The notes under the pieces were generated by a model. That model was given only the letters and a program-made list of their open reading frames with translations. It was not told the origin of the DNA and searched no databases. Of a stretch of DNA of 64,000 bases, positions 58,635 through 64,000 are shown one piece after another. Origin of the DNA: Suilimivivens sp. (lineage in GTDB: Bacteria > Bacillota > Clostridia > Lachnospirales > Lachnospiraceae); assembly GCA_051879815.1 (NCBI GenBank), contig JBJEMT010000057.1, positions 8,210 through 72,209 on the forward strand. Direction: 5' to 3'. Position 1 is the first letter of the stretch. Each line of letters starts with the position of its first letter. The translations under genes and the position numbers were made by a program.

Positions 58635-58760
58635 AAAAACCGCCTGAGCGGCACACTTAAAAAGCGTTCGCCCAGGCGGTCGGCATTCTCATCAAAACCA
58701 CGCTCCCTGTGAGTACTCTCACAACGGTCACCCGTCTTCCGCCAGTTGCGCAGCTATCTG
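58635..58760 (-). ncRNA. ZMP/ZTP (pfl) riboswitch with expression-platform terminator
   Basis: GCAACTGGCGGAA...GGGAGC...GCCGACCGCCTGGGC consensus elements; terminator ACCGCCTGGGCG/CGCTCAGGCGGTTTTT; upstream of purine genes. Confidence 0.92.
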
Positions 58761-58831
58761 ATTTCATAGTAACATGAGGGTATAAGAGTTTGCAAGTGGG
58801 TTTTCTACTTAAAATTCATTTTCATTTTTAT

Positions 58832-59074
58832 TTAAATTTCCCTTTTTCGGATAACTGCCATTTTTGCAAACACACAAATTGCACTGATCACATCCGTCAC
58901 AAACAGAAAATGTAAAATCCCATGCACCAGTGCCGGAACCACCATCGCAACAAACATGAGAACACCAACGAGAAATACCAGTAAATAAAAAGGAATATGT
59001 AAGAGCTTAATCAGCATATCAAAAAAAGCCAACCTATAACAGGCATTCTCGCCTTTATACATCCAGGCATTCAT
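58832..59074 (-). CDS. Small hydrophobic membrane protein
   Basis: 80 aa, two TM-like stretches; RBS GGAGAGAGG. Confidence 0.5.
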   Translation of the reverse strand: MNAWMYKGENACYRLAFFDMLIKLLHIPFYLLVFLVGVLMFVAMVVPALVHGILHFLFVTDVISAICVFAKMAVIRKREI

Positions 59075-59178
59075 GATATCCTCTCTCCTTCCAAATACTT
59101 CTTTTATCTTAGATCATTAAATCCCCGGTCAGTGAATATATTCATTCTCTGCCAGGGACTGTCAATTTTATATTCATT

Positions 59179-60051
59179 TTAATAGGTCAAAACCTCATAC
59201 CCATCCTCCGTCACAGCTACCGTAACCTCCCACTGTGCGGAATCCTTGCCATCCTCCGTATACACGGTCCAGCCGTCTTTGTCATCGACATAAATCTCAC
59301 AGGTACCTGCATTCACCATGGGTTCAATGGTAAACACCATTCCCGGAACCATCAGCATTTCCGTACCTGCTTTGGTGACATAGCTGACAAAAGGTTCCTC
59401 ATGGAATTCAAGACCCACTCCATGACCACCGATATCTACAACAATACTGTAGCCGTTTGCTTTGGCATGGTCATTGATAACCTGTGCCATATCTCCGAGG
59501 AAATTCCAGGGTTTTACCTGTTCAAGACCAAGTTCTACACACTCTTTGGTGACCCGGACAAGCTTCTTTCTCTCCTCGCTTACTTCTCCGATACAGAACA
59601 TTCTGGAGGAATCGGAAAAATATCCTTTGTAGATTGTGGAAACATCCACATTGACGATATCTCCTTCCTGCAAAATTCTGTCAGGGGAAGGAATACCGTG
59701 ACACACCACCTCATTGATGGACGTGCACACACTCTTGGGAAAGCCCTCGTAATTTAAAGGTGCCGGAATACCGCCCATACGGGTGGTAACATCATAAACC
59801 AGTCTGTCGATTTCTTCTGTGCTGACACCGGGACCAATCATTTTAGCCACTTCATCCAGTACTGCGATATTGATCACACTGCTTTCCTTAATGCCCTCAA
59901 TCTGTTCCCTGGTCTTTAACATATCATGAGTGGGAACGATATGTCCTTCCAGCTCATAATGATGAATCTTTTCATCCATTGCCATATGGCAGTTTTTATA
60001 TTTTTTGCCACTGCCACACCAGCAGGGGTCATTTCTTCCTAATTTCTCCAT
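59179..60051 (-). CDS. map: Methionine aminopeptidase type I with N-terminal SEC-C motif
   Basis: GRNDPCWCGSGKKYKNCH; CTSINEVVCHGIP, NVDVS, GHGVG..FHE, FTIEPM. Confidence 0.95.
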   Translation of the reverse strand: MEKLGRNDPCWCGSGKKYKNCHMAMDEKIHHYELEGHIVPTHDMLKTREQIEGIKESSVINIAVLDEVAKMIGPGVSTEEIDRLVYDVTTRMGGIPAPLNYEGFPKSVCTSINEVVCHGIPSPDRILQEGDIVNVDVSTIYKGYFSDSSRMFCIGEVSEERKKLVRVTKECVELGLEQVKPWNFLGDMAQVINDHAKANGYSIVVDIGGHGVGLEFHEEPFVSYVTKAGTEMLMVPGMVFTIEPMVNAGTCEIYVDDKDGWTVYTEDGKDSAQWEVTVAVTEDGYEVLTY

Positions 60052-60059
60052 ATCTGCTT

Positions 60060-60728
60060 TTACTTCCTGTCACATTCCTGAAACGCTTCCATAAAGTGAG
60101 CAATATTCTCACTGATACCTCGCTTTTTAAAAACGGCGGAGCCTGCTACGCAAATATCCGCTCCTGCCTTAATTACTTCTCTTACGTTTTTCTTTCCGAT
60201 ACCGCCGTCAACCTCAATCTTCACACCCGGATGATTTCGGTCTATATATTCTCTGAGCTGTCTGATCCTGCCATATGCTTCTTCCATAAAAGGCTGTCCG
60301 CCGAATCCCGGTTCCACGCTCATGATCAGAACCATATCAATATTGGGAAGATAAGGATAAACAGCCTCCACCGGAGTTCCCGGCTTAATGGAAATACCTG
60401 CCTTGGCACCTGCCTTTTTGATTTCTTCAATCACAGCATTTACATCTTCGGCTGCTTCCAAATGGAATGTGATGCCATCGGCACCACATTCCACAAATTC
60501 CTTAATATATCGTATAGGATCTACAATCATCAGATGTACATCAAAAAACTGCCTGCTTTCTTCCCTGATGGATGCTATAAGAGGCATACCAAAGGAAATA
60601 CTGGGTACAAAAACACCGTCCATAACATCAATATGCAGATACTCTGCTCCACACTCCTGTGTTTCTTTTATCTGCTTTCCCAATATATTAAAGTCTGCTG
60701 CCAGCAGGGACGGTGCTAAAATGTACAT
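60060..60728 (-). CDS. rpe: Ribulose-phosphate 3-epimerase
   Basis: APSLLAADF, HIDVMDG, DVHLM, MSVEPGFGGQ, EVDGG. Confidence 0.96.
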   Translation of the reverse strand: MYILAPSLLAADFNILGKQIKETQECGAEYLHIDVMDGVFVPSISFGMPLIASIREESRQFFDVHLMIVDPIRYIKEFVECGADGITFHLEAAEDVNAVIEEIKKAGAKAGISIKPGTPVEAVYPYLPNIDMVLIMSVEPGFGGQPFMEEAYGRIRQLREYIDRNHPGVKIEVDGGIGKKNVREVIKAGADICVAGSAVFKKRGISENIAHFMEAFQECDRK

Positions 60729-60765
60729 AATACTAAATCTCCAAATTTCTAATATATTGCTCTTT

Positions 60766-61707
60766 CTACTTTAGAAAATCCTTTATCTGCTCATAGATTC
60801 CCTTACCGTCCAGCTTGTATTTCTCAACAAGTGCTGCGGCAGAACCTGATTCACCAAACACATCCTGCATACCGATTTTCTTCACCGGAACAGGATAAGC
60901 TTTGCAAAGGGCATCACATACAGCACTTCCAAGCCCTCCGATTACGGAATGTTCTTCGGCAGTAACTACCTTACCGGTCTTCTTTGCAGAATTGATGATG
61001 ATCTCCTCGTCCAGAGGCTTAATGGTACAGATATTGATCACTTCTGCGCTGATGCCTTCCGCTGCCAGCATATCTGCTGCCTCAAGAGCATTGCCTACAC
61101 AGATACCTGTTGCAACGATAGTCAGATCGCTTCCTTCTCGTACAACAGTTCCCTTACCGATTTCAAATTTGTAATCAGGTCTGTCATTGATCACAGGACA
61201 TGCCGCACGTCCGAATCTGATATACACAGGTCCTACATATTCCACTGCTGCTCTTACAGCCGCTTTTGCTTCCACATCATCAGCAGGACACATTACTACC
61301 ATGCCGGGAATGGTTCTCATTAAAGCAATATCTTCGTTGCACTGATGGGATGCTCCGTCTTCCCCTACGGTAATACCTGCATGGGTTGCACCGATCTTCA
61401 CATTCAAATGAGGATAACCGATAGAGTTTCTTACCTGTTCAAAGGCTCTTCCTGCTGCAAACATGGCAAAACTGCTGACAAAAGGAATCTTTCCCATAGT
61501 TGATAAGCCTGCTGCAATACCTGTCATATTACATTCTGCAATACCACAGTCGATATGTCTGTCAGGATATGCTTTCTTAAATACACCTGTCTTGGTGGCT
61601 GCTGCAAGATCGGCGTCAAGTACTACAAGATTCGGATATTCTGCTCCCAGCTCTACAAGGGCATTGCCATAACTTTCTCTGGTCGCAATCTTTTTAACAT
61701 CTGACAT
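60766..61707 (-). CDS. Transketolase, C-terminal subunit
   Basis: ATRESYG, GIAE, GEDGASHQ, EEHSVIGGLG. Confidence 0.93.
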   Translation of the reverse strand: MSDVKKIATRESYGNALVELGAEYPNLVVLDADLAAATKTGVFKKAYPDRHIDCGIAECNMTGIAAGLSTMGKIPFVSSFAMFAAGRAFEQVRNSIGYPHLNVKIGATHAGITVGEDGASHQCNEDIALMRTIPGMVVMCPADDVEAKAAVRAAVEYVGPVYIRFGRAACPVINDRPDYKFEIGKGTVVREGSDLTIVATGICVGNALEAADMLAAEGISAEVINICTIKPLDEEIIINSAKKTGKVVTAEEHSVIGGLGSAVCDALCKAYPVPVKKIGMQDVFGESGSAAALVEKYKLDGKGIYEQIKDFLK

Positions 61708-62549
61708 TATGCTTCCTCCCTGCTTAATTCTTCACTGATTTTCTCAAGGTCTGCCATTGCCACAGCATACTCTTCATCATTAGGCGCTTTTCCATGCCAG
61801 CCGATGCTTCCTTCCATGAAGGAAACGCCCTTGCCCTTTAAGCTGTGGGCAATGATTGCTGTGGGCATACCCTTTGTCTCGCGCGCTTCCTTAAAAGCTG
61901 CCCTTAAGGCATCAAAGTCATGGGCATCCACATTGATTACATGGAAATTAAATGCTTCAAATTTTTTATCAATAGGATAAGGAGAGCAGACCTCCGTAAC
62001 CGGTCCGTCAATCTGTAATCCGTTATTATCCACAATCACAACCAGGTTATCAAGCTTCCTGTGTCCTGCGAACATGGCAGCTTCCCAAACCTGTCCTTCT
62101 TCAATTTCACCGTCTCCCAGAAGGGTATATACTCTGATATCCTTCTGATCCATTTTGGCGCCAAGTGCCATACCTACTGCGGCGGAAACGCCCTGTCCAA
62201 GGGAACCGCTTGACATATCCACTCCTGGAATATATTGCATACTGGGATGACCCTGTAAGTAAGAACCAAGCTTACGAAGAGTAGTCAGATCCTCTACAGG
62301 AAAATAACCTCTGTTTGCCAGAGTAGAATAAAGTCCGGGAGCCGTATGTCCTTTGGATAATACAAAACGATCTCTGTTTTCCATCTTGGGATTCTTTGGA
62401 TCGATATTCATTTCTTCAAAATACAGAAATGTAAAAATATCTGCTGCTGACAGGGATCCACCGGGATGGCCTGCCTTTGCACTGTGTACTGCCGTTACAA
62501 TGCCCTTACGCACTTCATTGGCAGTTTTTTTAAGTTCCAGATTATTCAT
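61707..62549 (-). CDS. Transketolase, N-terminal subunit
   Basis: GHPGGSLS, DRFVLSKGH, GSLGQG, GDGE..EG TPP motif; start MNNLEL at 62549. Confidence 0.93.
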   Translation of the reverse strand: MNNLELKKTANEVRKGIVTAVHSAKAGHPGGSLSAADIFTFLYFEEMNIDPKNPKMENRDRFVLSKGHTAPGLYSTLANRGYFPVEDLTTLRKLGSYLQGHPSMQYIPGVDMSSGSLGQGVSAAVGMALGAKMDQKDIRVYTLLGDGEIEEGQVWEAAMFAGHRKLDNLVVIVDNNGLQIDGPVTEVCSPYPIDKKFEAFNFHVINVDAHDFDALRAAFKEARETKGMPTAIIAHSLKGKGVSFMEGSIGWHGKAPNDEEYAVAMADLEKISEELSREEA

Positions 62550-62760
62550 GTTTACCTCCATCCTTATAGAAATTTGATTTTTAAAGAAATACCAAATTTT
62601 AAACCCATAAAAATAATAGCATATTTCCCAAAATGCGTCTATATCCCAATCATGCTAATTGCTATTCATTTTTTGCTTTTTCTGTCACCAATACACACAG
62701 TACTTTTCAAAGATTTTTTTACATATAATCAAAAGAGAACATCCTTAAGAGGTCTTACAT

Positions 62761-64000
62761 TTGTCCTTAAAACAAAAATTATCCATCCATAAAAAACGCA
62801 TCATTATCTTTGTTTTTCTGACCCTCATTTTAGCAGCCTTATGCATATATTTTCTCTGTGGCGACCGACTGCAGTTTAAAATGTTTTCCGAAAAACTATT
62901 TCGTTCAGAACTTCAGGGCAATACTCTGACCCTGCACTATACTCTTGCCTATCCGGAAGATTACGGTCTTGACGAAAAGGCCTCCCTTCCCTGTTATAAA
63001 GGGGCTTCTACTGACAACTCATCCGGCTATGATACCCCTTCTGATAAGGAAGAAATTCTGGATGCTCTTTCAACTCTGTCCCATATTTCCAAAGACCGGC
63101 TTAATGAGACGGATTCCTATACTTATGATCTTTTAGTCCGCTATCTGAACAGGAAACTTGCCGGCGTAGAATTTGATTATTATGACGAGCCTTTCGCCCC
63201 TAACTCCGGTATTCAGTCAGGGCTCCCTATCCTGCTCGCAGACTATACTTTTCGCCGGAAACAGGATGTAGAGGATTATCTTGCTATTCTGGATCAGACC
63301 GATGAGTATCTTTCAGGACTTCTTTTGTATGAGACAGAAAAAGCTGACGCCGGTCTTTTTATGGCGGACTATTCTGCCGCAAAGGTCATAGATGCGTGCA
63401 GTGCCATTATGAATAAAGAAGATCTGGAGAACGGAACACACTTTCTGCACAGTACCTTTGAAGAGCGCATCGACAGTCTTGCAGAAGAGGGACTTATTTC
63501 CGACCAGGAGGCAGATCAGTACATTTCCGAAAATGACCGTCTTCTGACCACTGTCATGGCTCCTGCTTATGAACAGGTGGCGGATACTTTTACCATATTG
63601 AAAGGAAAAGGAACCAATGATTACGGTCTGAGCTATTTCCCGGATGGGCAGAAATACTATGAATATCTTGTTGCTTCCACTACCGGAAGTGACCGCTCAG
63701 TTGCGGAGATCAAGAAACTTCTTTTTGAAGATTTTCAGAAAAATTATAATGCATTGCTTTCACTTCTTGCCAAATACCCACAGATTGCCGATACCGGTCT
63801 GACCTCCTCTCTGGATCTTGCCTTAAATGACCCGGCACAGATCCTTCTTGATCTGCAGACACGCATGGAAAATGACTTCCCGTCTTATCCTTCAGGTGAG
63901 GAAGGTTTTCAGACATTTGTAACGGTCAAAGCTGTTTCTCCTTCCATGGAAAACTACTGCAGCCCTGCCTATTACCTGACACCGCCTATTGACGACATGC
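62761..64000 (+). CDS. DUF885 family membrane-anchored protein (runs off window end)
   Basis: Not in ORF track. Manual reading from TTG at 62761 (RBS AAGAGG): MSLKQKLSIHKKRIIIFVFLTLILAALCIYFL...NTLTLHYTLAYPEDYG...SPAYYLTPPID. Confidence 0.8.
   Translation, partial: MSLKQKLSIHKKRIIIFVFLTLILAALCIYFLCGDRLQFKMFSEKLFRSELQGNTLTLHYTLAYPEDYGLDEKASLPCYKGASTDNSSGYDTPSDKEEILDALSTLSHISKDRLNETDSYTYDLLVRYLNRKLAGVEFDYYDEPFAPNSGIQSGLPILLADYTFRRKQDVEDYLAILDQTDEYLSGLLLYETEKADAGLFMADYSAAKVIDACSAIMNKEDLENGTHFLHSTFEERIDSLAEEGLISDQEADQYISENDRLLTTVMAPAYEQVADTFTILKGKGTNDYGLSYFPDGQKYYEYLVASTTGSDRSVAEIKKLLFEDFQKNYNALLSLLAKYPQIADTGLTSSLDLALNDPAQILLDLQTRMENDFPSYPSGEEGFQTFVTVKAVSPSMENYCSPAYYLTPPIDDM

Noticed and set aside
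59979-60719. 246-aa plus-strand ORF (and similar ORFs at 3793, 11030, 34534, 37217)
   Set aside because: All lie opposite well-supported genes and show the composition typical of antisense frames

Overview
This window is from a low-GC Firmicute chromosome, with gene content typical of a gut Lachnospiraceae-type clostridium (inference). Most genes lie on the minus strand. 1-24.7 kb is housekeeping: partial rnj, DUF1292, ruvX, ireB, mtaB, an HPr-like gene, thiI/iscS, rsmE, prmA, nudC, a GH28, two aminotransferases, Lrp, VanW-like, hrcA-grpE-dnaK-dnaJ with a perfect CIRCE, uppP and a patatin. 24.9-33.3 kb is an accessory island bounded by two inverted, diverged copies of a ~95-bp palindromic element. 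It encodes a single-module NRPS (C-A-PCP-reductase) with a glycine-like A-domain code, a fatty acyl-AMP/CoA ligase (split by a one-base frameshift), a free ACP, a lipoprotein and two divergent XRE regulators with twin operators. This is the best candidate for an undescribed system: possible synthesis of N-acyl-glycinal or N-acylethanolamine. 33.3-50.4 kb is a Roseburia-type beta-mannan utilisation locus. 50.6-56.5 kb is a glycerol operon with a leader terminator. 56.6-58.8 kb holds split purH functions under a ZTP riboswitch. The window ends with map, rpe, a split transketolase and a partial DUF885 gene. No rRNA, tRNA, CRISPR array, integrase or transposase was seen.
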